This document shows, one piece after another, positions 26,963 to 36,921 of a stretch of 64,000 nt of DNA; positions within the stretch are counted from its first letter, which is position 1; each line of letters starts with the position of its first letter. The stretch is from Nanobdellota archaeon. Lineage in GTDB: Archaea; Nanobdellota; Nanobdellia; Pacearchaeales; GW2011-AR1. Location of the stretch: the NCBI GenBank assembly GCA_038044745.1, contig JBBSZK010000005.1:12841-76840 (forward strand). The letters run 5' to 3'. Both the position numbers and the translations under genes were made by a program. Under the pieces are notes generated by a model. That model was given only the letters and a program-made list of their open reading frames with translations, ran no database searches and was not told the DNA's origin.

Positions 26963-27023
26963 CTAATTCCTGTCACTACTTATAAATGCAAACAATTATA
27001 TACTAGCTCGAAGTATAGAAACT

Positions 27024-27176
27024 ATGCATAAACTATCAAAATCGCACAAGACGCATAAAGCGCAGAAAATTGAACAAGAAAAGAAGGAAAGTCTCTTTGG
27101 CGAAGGAGATATTATGTCGTTATACAAGCAACTTCGTCAAGGAAATCGTTCCACGTACACCTCTCTGAATTCTTAA
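27024..27176 (+). CDS. possible small basic protein (50 aa)
   Basis: MHKLSKSHKTHKAQKIEQEKKESLFGEGDIMSLYKQLRQGNRSTYTSLNS. ATTATATA lies 29 nt upstream. Confidence 0.3.
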   Translation: MHKLSKSHKTHKAQKIEQEKKESLFGEGDIMSLYKQLRQGNRSTYTSLNS

Positions 27177-27216
27177 ACGCTAAAGGTAATCTTTAAATGT
27201 GTGCGTGCTCTCCAAA

Positions 27217-27684
27217 TATATGCAAAAACAAGTGATTCATCTCGGCGCAGACCACGCCGGATTCGAACTCAAAGAACAACTCAAACAGTACCTTCAAAAA
27301 AGGGGTCATGAAGTATACGATGAAGGTGCCCGTGTACTTGACAAGACGGACGACTACCCCGATTTTGCTATCAAGGTCTCACGAGAGATATCAGAGAACT
27401 CCGAAGCCAAAGGAATTATATGTTGCGGAACCGCACAAGGCATGTGCATAGCAGCCAATAAAGTCCCCGCGGTGCGTGCAGTAGCTCCGTCTACCATTAA
27501 AGAAGCGCAGCTTACACGATCACATAATAACGCCAATGTGCTCTGTTTAGCCGGGTGGTCTATAACGCTCGCGCGAGCAAAACGCATCGTCGACGCATGG
27601 TTAAGCACTCAATTTAGTAATGAACCTCGACACGTAAGACGTTTAAAGAAAATCGCAGACCTCGATGCACGTCGAGGTATATAA
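27217..27684 (+). CDS. rpiB: ribose-5-phosphate isomerase B
   Basis: IHLGADHAGFELKEQLKQYL and CCGTAQGMCIAANKVPAVRA are RpiB/LacAB blocks. The ORF is open from 27199. Confidence 0.85.
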   Translation, partial: YMQKQVIHLGADHAGFELKEQLKQYLQKRGHEVYDEGARVLDKTDDYPDFAIKVSREISENSEAKGIICCGTAQGMCIAANKVPAVRAVAPSTIKEAQLTRSHNNANVLCLAGWSITLARAKRIVDAWLSTQFSNEPRHVRRLKKIADLDARRGI

Positions 27685-28124
27685 TGACAATCGTTATTAG
27701 CCAAGCAACACACAAAGAATGTAAAGAATGTTATAAATTAAGCGCGGTTCCAGAGCTTGCAACCCCCTTTCATGAACCCCCTCCCCTTTTCTGGTTTCAA
27801 AACATTGTCAAAGAAAAACAAATTCTACTCGTAGCAAAAGACAATAAGAAGATAATAGGATTTAGAATGGGCGAACGTATCGCAGGTAATTGGGCAATTG
27901 CCCACCTAATGATGGTTCACAAAGAGTACCGAAAAAAAGGCGTGGGCACGCTCCTCATTGAAGCATTTGAGAAGGAATGTAAACGACGCAAGATACACGG
28001 CATCATGACTTATGTCTACAAAGATAACAACACGGTAGATTTTTTCAAGAAAAAAGGATATATACTCGGTTCAACAGTTATAGAAGCAGTTAAACCCCTT
28101 GACGAACACGGAAAGACCACATGA
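27684..28124 (+). CDS. GNAT-family N-acetyltransferase
   Basis: Motif A VHKEYRKKGVGTLLIEAFE. It overlaps both neighbours via ATGA. Confidence 0.7.
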   Translation: MTIVISQATHKECKECYKLSAVPELATPFHEPPPLFWFQNIVKEKQILLVAKDNKKIIGFRMGERIAGNWAIAHLMMVHKEYRKKGVGTLLIEAFEKECKRRKIHGIMTYVYKDNNTVDFFKKKGYILGSTVIEAVKPLDEHGKTT

Positions 28125-28750
28125 AATGGGCAATTACCCCCTCAATCATCGCACGCTCGCAAGCAGAACTCGAAGAACGCATACATAAATTAAACCCCTT
28201 AAAACCTCTCCATCTCCATCTCGATATCATGGATGGAACATTCGTCAAGCGCACTTCGCTCGAATTCTCATTTATAGTTCCCCCACCATATACCTCCGAA
28301 GCTCATTTAATGGTACGCAATCCAAAAGGATGGCTTGTTAAAAATCATGCACAAATAGACTCATTCATAGTACATTATGAATCAGAAACGCACCTACACG
28401 AGTGTATCAAACTCGCAAAACACTACAAGAAAAAAATCGGAGTAGCGCTCAATCCTGAAACCAACAATGAAGATGTAACGCAATACCTCAAGCTCATCGA
28501 TAAAGTGCTTATTATGACCGTTCATCCGGGCAAATATGGCTCTCCGTTTCTGCCCGAAATGCTCGAAAAAATAAAACATATACGAAAACTCGCTCCAAAG
28601 CTGAATATCGAAGTAGACGGAGGCATTACCCCCGAAACAATCAAAGCCTGCCGTGATGCAGGGGCCAATCAATTCGTCATAGGCTCATTTCTGCAAAACG
28701 CGAAAAACGTAAAAGACGCATGGAATAAAGCAACCTATTCCCTCAAATAA
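28121..28750 (+). CDS. rpe: ribulose-phosphate 3-epimerase
   Basis: HLHLDIMDGTFV, MTVHPGKYGSPF and IEVDGGI blocks. Confidence 0.8.
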   Translation: MKWAITPSIIARSQAELEERIHKLNPLKPLHLHLDIMDGTFVKRTSLEFSFIVPPPYTSEAHLMVRNPKGWLVKNHAQIDSFIVHYESETHLHECIKLAKHYKKKIGVALNPETNNEDVTQYLKLIDKVLIMTVHPGKYGSPFLPEMLEKIKHIRKLAPKLNIEVDGGITPETIKACRDAGANQFVIGSFLQNAKNVKDAWNKATYSLK

Positions 28751-28751
28751 G

Positions 28752-30128
28752 TTACGGCCGTTTGGCCCACACCTTGCCCAGCGTATTGCATTTCACACAA
28801 AGCTCAGAACCGTCCAAATCGCGTACAAGATGCGCTTTATCTGCGAAGGACCCACACTTGGAACATTGGCGCAAACAAGACGTACATCCTTCACCTCCCG
28901 TCGCGTAATTAACACGGAGGTGTGTCTTGCACACGTCTTTCCAACACACCGTGCAGCGAGAAACACAGCGCTTGCAAAGCTTGCGCGCGCACTGCGTGCA
29001 CGTCTTTTTCATACAGAGTGCACACATGCCGCGCTCACAGGTACGGCAACTATCAAAACAATTAGCGCAAAGTACATGTGCAGAACCACACAGAAAAAGT
29101 TCTTGGATAGCTCGTTTGCACTGTTCACAGGATACGGGAGTTTCAAAATCATTTTTTAACGGATTATAGTGCACGACAACGCTACGCGAAACATCTTTAT
29201 TTTTAAGCGTGAGTGTAAAGGTGAAAATAGGATAATATACAAGCGTCGTACTTACCAGCTTATTAGAAACATTAAGTGAATGCTTAAACTCTTCATCACG
29301 TACAAAGAAATCTTGCTCTTCAATCAGTTTTGATTCAAACTGCGTGTCTTCAAGTAAGCGAAGGTTTTCAATAAGTTTATCCCGGCGCTGCGCCATAGAA
29401 GCGGAAAGCGGGCTTGCTTTGTCAAGGGCAGCTAATTGTTCTCGTATCTTCGCACGCGTACGTTCTTTTTCACGTAGCTGAGAGCCATAATGCTCTTTAA
29501 TACGATTCGTCTCTCGCGCAATTTTCTCAGCAAGCACGTTTGAAATTTCTTCGACGCGCGGAGCAATTAACAGTTTAAGTGCCTCTTTCGCGCAACTATA
29601 TGAATGCTTCACATCAATCGAACCTAAATCCTTAGGATCGCCTTGCTCGTACGAATACTGTTCAAGCGAAAACGGAACAACCGCCCCCTCGCGCACCGCG
29701 ACCGTATTCATAACTTGTTCCTTCTCGTTGAGGTATTGCAATGTCGTACTAAAAGAAAAAAGATACAACGGATGATAAACCGGTTTCTTAGTGAGCGAAA
29801 CGAGTTCACACTGCTTAAAAGAAAACGAACGCTTGAAAGCCGCAAGGTAATCTTGATCAAAGAGTAACTTAAGAAGTGCGGTCTGTCCGCGCTGTTCAAG
29901 ATAGCCCATCATAGTCTTGAGCAAAAAACTTCCGCGAGAAAGCAACTCTTCGTTGCTCGAAGCAGATTCAAACGAAATACGATACGGACAAGGTTTACCA
30001 TACGCCGATTCAAAATCAGCGGGCACGCCAGAGACCACGAGATGTTGCCCATCTACAGCAACAACACAACATAAATTGACGAAAAAAGACTCAGCAAACT
30101 TCTTCAAATCAGAAAGCGCACTATCCAT
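28752..30128 (-). CDS. unknown protein with coiled-coil middle and C-terminal array of ten CxxC dyads
   Basis: I prefer the ATG at 30128 (MDSALSDLKKF); the ATGGATAG junction overlaps the SNF2 stop by 8 nt. The last 120 aa or so contain CEQC, CANC, CRTC, CALC, CTQC, CKRC, CTVC, CTSC, CSKC and CVKC. Confidence 0.6.
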   Translation of the reverse strand: MDSALSDLKKFAESFFVNLCCVVAVDGQHLVVSGVPADFESAYGKPCPYRISFESASSNEELLSRGSFLLKTMMGYLEQRGQTALLKLLFDQDYLAAFKRSFSFKQCELVSLTKKPVYHPLYLFSFSTTLQYLNEKEQVMNTVAVREGAVVPFSLEQYSYEQGDPKDLGSIDVKHSYSCAKEALKLLIAPRVEEISNVLAEKIARETNRIKEHYGSQLREKERTRAKIREQLAALDKASPLSASMAQRRDKLIENLRLLEDTQFESKLIEEQDFFVRDEEFKHSLNVSNKLVSTTLVYYPIFTFTLTLKNKDVSRSVVVHYNPLKNDFETPVSCEQCKRAIQELFLCGSAHVLCANCFDSCRTCERGMCALCMKKTCTQCARKLCKRCVSRCTVCWKDVCKTHLRVNYATGGEGCTSCLRQCSKCGSFADKAHLVRDLDGSELCVKCNTLGKVWAKRP

Positions 30129-31908
30129 CAAGAGGTACATCAAGCATACGCGATGATGCCTCCTTTGCATGTTTATACTCGGCAAGCCCCTGATGAATCA
30201 ATTGGTACATTTTGTCGAGTTCTTGAGAGAAAACATCAAGGTTATTCTTTGAATCAATAAACGCATCCATAATCATTTCTTCTATTTTAGGCGCCCCACT
30301 CTCGCCCGGACTATCAAGCCCCAAATTAAACAAAATAATAGGCAATTCCCCAATAACAAGCCCTATACAGCACATTTTATTGATAATTAAATCAACAACA
30401 CGTTCTTCCATCGTATCTTTCGTCGCGAGGCTGTAAATATAAATATCATGTTTCTGCCCAATACGATCGAGCCGACCAATGCGTTGTTCTACCGACATAG
30501 GATTCCATGGCAAATCGTAATTGATAATATGATGGCAAAATTGAAAATTTAATCCTTCGGCCCCCGTTTCGGTACTGAGAAGTATCTGCGCCCCATTTCG
30601 AAACTTCTGCACACGTTCCTCACGTTCCTCACGTGTCAAACCCCCCACGTAAGGGACCATATCAAACCCCTGCGGAGAAAGCTTTTCAACAATGTAATTA
30701 AGCGTCGTCGGATGTTTTGTATAAATGAGCATCTGCGCCCCAGGATCTGTCTTTTGAATATCGCGAATAAGTGTTACAAGGGTTTCAATTTTAGAGTCTC
30801 TCGGGAGTGCTTTATATCGCTCAAGCAACGAACGTGCAATCATGCGCGTCTCCCCGTGATATTTCTCACTCTCTGCAATAGCCGTGAGTGATTCAATGGC
30901 CGAGCGAGACGAACTCGTTACTTTAGGAAGCAGCGCATAGACAATGAGTCTCCCCGTGATAGGATGCCCATCGACCGCAAAGTATTTTGTCTTGAGCAAG
31001 TCACACACATCATTGTACAGTGAAAACTCCTCTGTAGACAAATCAACCGCAATCATCTTAGGGATACGTTTCTTATAATTAATCAGTGTATCTGCACGTT
31101 TGCGTCTAATCATCACCGCATCAAGCTTGCGTTTCAACTCGCGCGGGTTGAGCGGATGGCGCTTATTTCCTTTATGAAAAAATTCTTTCTTGAATTGCTG
31201 TAACGTTCCTAAATGTCCACGTTTAAGCAAGTGAAGCAGATTGTACAACTCAAGCAAATCATTCTGAAAAGGTGTCGCAGTCAACACCAAAAAACGCTTC
31301 TTTTGCATTTTGTCAACAAACTGCCATCGTCGAGACTTGCTGTCTTTCAGTTTATGCGCTTCATCAACGATAAGCAAATCCCATAAAATTTCATGCGCCT
31401 TGCTATGTTTAAACACCCCGGCATCGTTATCATACGTTTTAACACGGTCAATAGAAGCGAGCGCAAAATCAAATTTACCCCAATCCGCATCAGACTCAAT
31501 AGCATGAAACTGCAAATTAAATTTAGTATGTAGTTCCGCAAGCCATTGATCAACCAAAGAAGGGGGCGTGAGGATAAGCGCTTTCGTGACAAGCCCGCGC
31601 ACAATAAATTCCTTAAGCACCATCCCTGCGGTAATTGTTTTTCCCAATCCGACCTCATCCGCAAGCAACGCCGTGCCGTTGAAATCTCGTAAAATTCTAA
31701 GCGCGCCTTCAGATTGATGGGGTAAGTTAAATTCAAGTCGTTTCACAATATCCTGATATGAAATAAGCTCGCTAATCTGCGCACTATGGGAAACTTCTTC
31801 TGCCTCAAGACGTAAATTGAGCAAAGAACGTGATTCAAACTCGCGTTTTTGTACTTTATCAAAGATAAGTTCGTCGTCGGAAAAGGACTCGTTTATTATG
31901 ACACCCAT
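30121..31908 (-). CDS. SNF2-family (SWI2/SNF2) helicase/ATPase
   Basis: LADEVGLGKTITAG (motif I), LIVDEAHKLK (II), LTATPFQNDLLELYNLL (III), LLSTETGAEGLNFQ and QRIGRLDRIGQ (V/VI). Confidence 0.9.
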   Translation of the reverse strand: MGVIINESFSDDELIFDKVQKREFESRSLLNLRLEAEEVSHSAQISELISYQDIVKRLEFNLPHQSEGALRILRDFNGTALLADEVGLGKTITAGMVLKEFIVRGLVTKALILTPPSLVDQWLAELHTKFNLQFHAIESDADWGKFDFALASIDRVKTYDNDAGVFKHSKAHEILWDLLIVDEAHKLKDSKSRRWQFVDKMQKKRFLVLTATPFQNDLLELYNLLHLLKRGHLGTLQQFKKEFFHKGNKRHPLNPRELKRKLDAVMIRRKRADTLINYKKRIPKMIAVDLSTEEFSLYNDVCDLLKTKYFAVDGHPITGRLIVYALLPKVTSSSRSAIESLTAIAESEKYHGETRMIARSLLERYKALPRDSKIETLVTLIRDIQKTDPGAQMLIYTKHPTTLNYIVEKLSPQGFDMVPYVGGLTREEREERVQKFRNGAQILLSTETGAEGLNFQFCHHIINYDLPWNPMSVEQRIGRLDRIGQKHDIYIYSLATKDTMEERVVDLIINKMCCIGLVIGELPIILFNLGLDSPGESGAPKIEEMIMDAFIDSKNNLDVFSQELDKMYQLIHQGLAEYKHAKEASSRMLDVPLDG

Positions 31909-32018
31909 GATACACCTCTCGATGCCGAACGAACGCCCCTCTTTAAAAGTTAATGGTGCTCAAGCACTACGAACGCTTATAAACTCGCACCGACATGTGT
32001 ACAAAAGAGTGTGATTCA

Positions 32019-33848
32019 ATGCTAACCCCTAAAGAGTTGGAACTACGAGCGACTATCTTGCGTCGCGATGTGATTGAAATGACAACGACTGCAGGAAGCG
32101 GACATCCCAGCTCGTGTTTGTCCGCCGCAGATATCATGGCAACCCTGTGGTTCCATGAAATGTTTTTTGACCCGCACAACCCCCACCATCTGAACAATGA
32201 CCAATTCATCATGAGCAAGGGTCATGCCGCACCGCTCTATTACGCGGTGCTCAAACATGTCGGATGTGCAAACTATGACCTCAATTCTCTCAGAAAACAC
32301 GGGGGTGCGCTCGAAGGTCATCCTACGCCCCGAGTAAGCCCCTGGATTCCTGCAGCAACAGGTTCATTAGGACAGGGACTCGCACTAGGCTGCGGATGTG
32401 CACTCGGATGCAAAATGCAAAAAAGTACCGCGCGCACCTATGTGCTCCTCGGAGACAGTGAGTGTGCAGAAGGTTCCGTTTGGGAAGCGGCCCAATTCGC
32501 AGCATACCACGAGCTCGACAACCTGTGCACAATAGTTGATATCAACCGCCTTGGTCAGCGCGGAGAAACCATGCTCGGCCATAATATAGAAACGTACAAA
32601 AAGAGATTCAGTTCATTTGGATGGAACGCCATCGCCGTAAACGGCCACAAAATAGTCGAACTAGAATCGGCTTTCAAAAAAGCACGCACCTCGAAAAAAC
32701 CGACCGTTATCCTCGCCAAAACCCTCAAAGGAAAAGGAGTCACATTCATGGAAAATAAAGAAGCATGGCACGGACGCGCACTTACCAAAGACGAATGTGC
32801 AAAAGCCCTCAAGGAATTGCCTATCGCTGAAATGCCTTCATGGAAACCAAAACTACCCACGGCCCCTAAAGAAACACACGCGCATCCATTTCACACCACA
32901 GCACCCACCTCATACGAACCCCATGATCTTGTTGCAACCCGAGAAGCCTACGGAAAAGCACTTGCGCGATGCGCAGTCGAAAATCCTTCAATCGTTGCAC
33001 TTGATGCGGAAGTGAGTAATTCAACCTACACTGAAAAGGTACAAGAACGCACGCCTCACCAGTTCGTTGAATGCTTCATCGCCGAACAAACCCTTATCAG
33101 CGTAGCACACGGTCTTTCACTCAGACGATACAAACCGTTTGCCGCCACGTTTGCCGCATTCCTAACACGAGCACATGACCAACTGCGCATGACTGCCATT
33201 TCAAACGCATCAGTAACGATAACGGGTTCGCACGCAGGCGTTTCCATCGGTGAAGACGGCCCCTCACAAATGGGGCTTGAAGATATGGCTCTATTTCGTT
33301 CACTCCCTCACACAACCGTATTCTACCCCAGCGACGCCATTGCAACAGAACGCATCGTACAATTGGCTGCGCAAACACCCGGACTCACTTACATTAGAAC
33401 AACACGAGCAAAAACGCCCGTCATCTACAAACCAAAAGAAGAATTTATTGTGAACGACTTCAAAGCAGTACACTTGTCAAACAGTGATAGCGCAGTGCTC
33501 GTGGGCGCAGGAATAACCCTCCATGAAGCGCTCAAAGCACATAACCAACTCAAAAAGCAGGGAGTAAGCACCGCCGTTGTCGATGTCTATTGTATAAAAC
33601 CCTTCCCTGACGCAAAGTTCATTGACTTCGCAAAAAAACACGGTAATCGAGTCATAGTCGTAGAAGACCACTATTACGAAGGTGGAATTGGTGAAATGAT
33701 TGCGCACACGCTCGCAAACACAGGAATCACCTTCAAACATCTTGCGGTAAAGAACGTGCCTTATGCAGGAACGAAAGATGAACTACTTGCAGACGCAAAA
33801 ATAGATGCTCGCGCAATTGTATCTGCAACCCATGAAATGGTTAAATAA
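32019..33848 (+). CDS. tkt: transketolase (single-chain)
   Basis: The TPP-binding N-terminal half (AGSGHPSSCLSAADI, GSLGQGL, LGDSECAEGSVWEA) and the pyrimidine/C-terminal half lie in one ORF. The ORF is open from 31995. I prefer the ATG at 32019 because of the TATA position at 31975-31985. Confidence 0.9.
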   Translation: MLTPKELELRATILRRDVIEMTTTAGSGHPSSCLSAADIMATLWFHEMFFDPHNPHHLNNDQFIMSKGHAAPLYYAVLKHVGCANYDLNSLRKHGGALEGHPTPRVSPWIPAATGSLGQGLALGCGCALGCKMQKSTARTYVLLGDSECAEGSVWEAAQFAAYHELDNLCTIVDINRLGQRGETMLGHNIETYKKRFSSFGWNAIAVNGHKIVELESAFKKARTSKKPTVILAKTLKGKGVTFMENKEAWHGRALTKDECAKALKELPIAEMPSWKPKLPTAPKETHAHPFHTTAPTSYEPHDLVATREAYGKALARCAVENPSIVALDAEVSNSTYTEKVQERTPHQFVECFIAEQTLISVAHGLSLRRYKPFAATFAAFLTRAHDQLRMTAISNASVTITGSHAGVSIGEDGPSQMGLEDMALFRSLPHTTVFYPSDAIATERIVQLAAQTPGLTYIRTTRAKTPVIYKPKEEFIVNDFKAVHLSNSDSAVLVGAGITLHEALKAHNQLKKQGVSTAVVDVYCIKPFPDAKFIDFAKKHGNRVIVVEDHYYEGGIGEMIAHTLANTGITFKHLAVKNVPYAGTKDELLADAKIDARAIVSATHEMVK

Positions 33849-34347
33849 AAAACTCGAAACGGCAACGTTCGCCATGGGCTGTTTTTGGCAACCCGATTAT
33901 GTATTTTCGAAAGTAAACGGAATCATAAAAAAACGAGTAGGATACACGAGATGCAACAAAGAATGTAATAACCCTACGTACGAACAAGTATGTTCTTCAG
34001 AAACAGGGTGTGCCGAAGCCATACAACTGCTCTTTGATCCCGCAATTGTAACATATGACGAATTGCTTGACATGTTCTGGAAAAACCACGACCCTACGCA
34101 AATGAACCGACAAGGACCTGATGTTGGCACGCAGTACCGCTCAGCCATATTTTGCCATACTGCAGAGCAAAAAAGAATCGCGCGAGCTTCCAAGAAGAAA
34201 TGGGGGAAAAAACTAACAGATTCCGCCCTGAAAATTGTTACTGAAATCGTAAGTGCAAGTGCCTTTTACCCCGCTGAAGATTACCACCAAGACTATTTAC
34301 AAAGAACGGGTCGAAGTTGCCATATAAGTACAAGTCCGTTTGTGTAA
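33832..34347 (+). CDS. msrA: peptide methionine sulfoxide reductase MsrA
   Basis: The FAMGCFWQPD active site and GTQYRSAIF, YHQDYL blocks. It overlaps the tkt end by 17 nt. Confidence 0.85.
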   Translation: MKWLNKKLETATFAMGCFWQPDYVFSKVNGIIKKRVGYTRCNKECNNPTYEQVCSSETGCAEAIQLLFDPAIVTYDELLDMFWKNHDPTQMNRQGPDVGTQYRSAIFCHTAEQKRIARASKKKWGKKLTDSALKIVTEIVSASAFYPAEDYHQDYLQRTGRSCHISTSPFV

Positions 34348-34463
34348 GGATTTTAATGCCTGTCCGAATCCGAGAAGTTTGTGTCCCAACTCAGGGTTCT
34401 TCTCCGATATTATTTTTAGACGGTAACTAGAATAAGATTTAAAAAGCGATAGAATTGCGCTTT

Positions 34464-35048
34464 ATGATGATAGAACCAAGAAATCCGCCCACCGCTAAAG
34501 GATATATTGCCTATTTTGCTTCCAAAATGGGAAGTTCAAGACTTCCTCCGCCCACATTTGCCCTAGAAGAAGCGACTGCCACCGCAAGAGGGTTACATGG
34601 GCAATATGATCTCGGAATTGAATTGGCTGCAGACGGACTTGCAACAGGCTATATCTTTAATCATTATGGGTTACCTACAAAAGCGGTAAAACTCACTAGA
34701 AAGGGAAGAGGCGCAACATGGCGGCCGCTTGAAGAAATTACAGATCAGGATATAAGAGATAGACGGTTACTTTTGTTTGAGTGGGATGTTGTAACAGGAA
34801 GAATTCTTAAGAGAGCAGTCAAAGAACTTGGCAAATACTCGCCCCAGTATATTGATTTACTTCTTACATGCGGAAAGACTTTAACATCATTTGAATCATT
34901 TAACCGAATAAGTAAAAGCGTTGATATAAGGGGCGATATTGAGGTAGATCAGCGCGGCAGGGCCGGGTTTTGGTTGGATTGTAAGTCGAATGTTCCTGAA
35001 GGTATAAGAAAAACTATCGTTCTTATACCCGATAATCATAGACGTTAA
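34464..35048 (+). CDS. hypothetical protein, possibly phosphoribosyltransferase-like
   Basis: RRLLLFEWDVVTGRIL loosely resembles the PRPP-binding loop, where a hydrophobic run and acidic residues precede T-G. This is a weak assignment. GATTTAAAAAG lies about 27 nt upstream. Confidence 0.3.
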   Translation: MMIEPRNPPTAKGYIAYFASKMGSSRLPPPTFALEEATATARGLHGQYDLGIELAADGLATGYIFNHYGLPTKAVKLTRKGRGATWRPLEEITDQDIRDRRLLLFEWDVVTGRILKRAVKELGKYSPQYIDLLLTCGKTLTSFESFNRISKSVDIRGDIEVDQRGRAGFWLDCKSNVPEGIRKTIVLIPDNHRR

Positions 35049-35167
35049 ACAGCTAGCTGGGACACTTTTTCCAGGATGTGATTCAAGCGCCATATTATCA
35101 AAAGCGATGATAAAAAAGAAAAAAAGAGACTTTGAGACATACACTCGTACGAAATAATGTTTAAGAG

Positions 35168-35890
35168 ATGAACCAACTCTTAAAAGGCATGCCCTCGAGT
35201 TTTAAACAAATTTTTCCTGTTAACAAACCAATCATTGGAATGATTCATCTTGCAGGATCGGGTCGCCCTGAAAAATTAAGAAGAGCTCTAGAGGAATTAA
35301 GAATATATGAGGAAGAAGGAGTTGATGGGGCAACCATAGAAGATTACCATGGGGACTTTAGAGATGTTCGCTCTGCCCTTTATGATAGCCAAGATTTCAA
35401 GATAGCAAGAGGAGTCAACATTCTTCACGGTGGGGCAAGTTCCATGGATTATGCTGCTCTTCTTGGAGGAAAATTTGTTCAGTTTGATAATCTAAATGCA
35501 ACAGGTCTAACCCCGCAGGAGTATACCCGAGCGAAAGGTCAGATGGATATTCCTGTTTTCGGAGAAGTACGATTCAAGTATACACGAGACACGGGTAACT
35601 CTTTGGAACAAGATATATGCGAAGCCAGATCCCTATGTGAAGCAATCGTTACAACTGGGTCCGGAACTGGAATTGAGGCTCCCCTAACTAAATTGCGCGA
35701 CTTTAGAAAGATTATGGCCGATTTTCCCCTTATTGTAGGCTCTGGAGTTACGGCTGCAAACGCAAGATCACAGCTTGAATATGCTGACGGAGCAATTGTC
35801 GGAAGTTATTTTAAAAATGGGGATACAGAATCCCTCCTAGATGTTAAAAGGGTAAAAGAACTAATGAATGTCGTGAGAAGATTACGATAA
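35168..35890 (+). CDS. BtpA/SgcQ-family TIM-barrel protein
   Basis: IIGMIHLAGSGRP...ALEELRIYEEEGVDGATIEDYHGD follows the BtpA-family N-terminal pattern as I recall it. Confidence 0.5.
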   Translation: MNQLLKGMPSSFKQIFPVNKPIIGMIHLAGSGRPEKLRRALEELRIYEEEGVDGATIEDYHGDFRDVRSALYDSQDFKIARGVNILHGGASSMDYAALLGGKFVQFDNLNATGLTPQEYTRAKGQMDIPVFGEVRFKYTRDTGNSLEQDICEARSLCEAIVTTGSGTGIEAPLTKLRDFRKIMADFPLIVGSGVTAANARSQLEYADGAIVGSYFKNGDTESLLDVKRVKELMNVVRRLR

Positions 35891-36017
35891 ATTCCAAAAC
35901 CCCGGTTCATTTTGTGAATGCTGGCCCGAGAATATTACACTTTTGTGTTTTTCATGGAATGTATTTTTACGTGAAGAAAATTCGACTAGGGGGGCTTTCC
36001 TCGTTATTCTTGAGAAG

Positions 36018-36599
36018 TTACTCTGAATTTCGTGCACAGAATCGTTCTATCTTTGCAACTGAAAGATTCATTCTTTTTAATACGTCGCCAAAATAGTAAT
36101 CGGTACTACGCAATTCAGGTTTTATTTCTCCTGATTCATCTCGAGATTTTGTTTTGCCAGCCATGCAAAGCACATTGCTGATAAGGCGATAATCATCTAC
36201 CGCTCGATTAACCCTTGGACAATCAAAGCATTTGATAGCAGCAACAACTTCATCTAAGAAAGGCCCCTTTCTTACCAAAGCATCATGATATGCACCAAAT
36301 AAGCGAAGGCCTAGCAAATTCATTTTAATATGGACGTATAATTCTTCTTGTTCTGGTGTTAATCCTGAAGGTCTAAATTCTATTAATGCCCCATATTGTG
36401 GATATATCAAATCCGTGCGAGTGAGATCACCCGCTAACTGTTGTCTCTTAAGCCCCTGTGGAATGCCCCTATCAGTCATCCCTAAATCCAGTCCGAGGAT
36501 ATTTCCCACGCGCGAAGATTCTAATAATGTACGATATGCATAAACCGAACGCTCATCAACATAAGTTACTACTTTTCCGAATTCCTCTTGGAAGACCAT
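36018..36599 (-). CDS. hypothetical protein (193 aa)
   Basis: Clean ORF with no recognised motif. Confidence 0.4.
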   Translation of the reverse strand: MVFQEEFGKVVTYVDERSVYAYRTLLESSRVGNILGLDLGMTDRGIPQGLKRQQLAGDLTRTDLIYPQYGALIEFRPSGLTPEQEELYVHIKMNLLGLRLFGAYHDALVRKGPFLDEVVAAIKCFDCPRVNRAVDDYRLISNVLCMAGKTKSRDESGEIKPELRSTDYYFGDVLKRMNLSVAKIERFCARNSE

Positions 36600-36621
36600 A
36601 AAAGAACATTATTAAATCGAT

Positions 36622-36921
36622 TTAAATAAGTATCCCCATAAGGTAAATAAACTTGTCTAGTTTATCTCGACAATCCCTAAGAACCCTGCAATCATAAAAA
36701 CTCAATCCCGAACCTACCAGCAGCAAGACGTAGAACATCGAGAGCAGGTAGACGATGATGGCCCAGAGGCGAACAAACATGTCAATATTGATCGGTTCAG
36801 AGAGCAAATGTAACGTAATCTGTAAGAACGGCTGGAGTGGGGCATTGATGATATCACGTAAAAACTCGAAAAAGACTTGTGGCAAACAGGAGCCAAGGTT
36901 AATTAGGCTGCAGGAAGGCAC
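36622..36921 (-). CDS. small membrane protein (99 aa), possibly a fragment
   Basis: One clear TM helix (WAIIVYLLSMFYVLLLVGSGL). Its start abuts the stop of the upstream gene. Confidence 0.3.
   Translation of the reverse strand: MPSCSLINLGSCLPQVFFEFLRDIINAPLQPFLQITLHLLSEPINIDMFVRLWAIIVYLLSMFYVLLLVGSGLSFYDCRVLRDCRDKLDKFIYLMGILI

Noticed and set aside
34381-35067. Inverted GTGTCCCA / TGGGACAC 8-mers flanking the PRT-like gene, plus an 11-mer (AAAGTGTCCCA) shared with 60993-61003, as possible terminal inverted repeats of a mobile element.
   Set aside because: The matches do not extend beyond 8-11 nt. Matches of that length are expected many times by chance in 64 kb on two strands.
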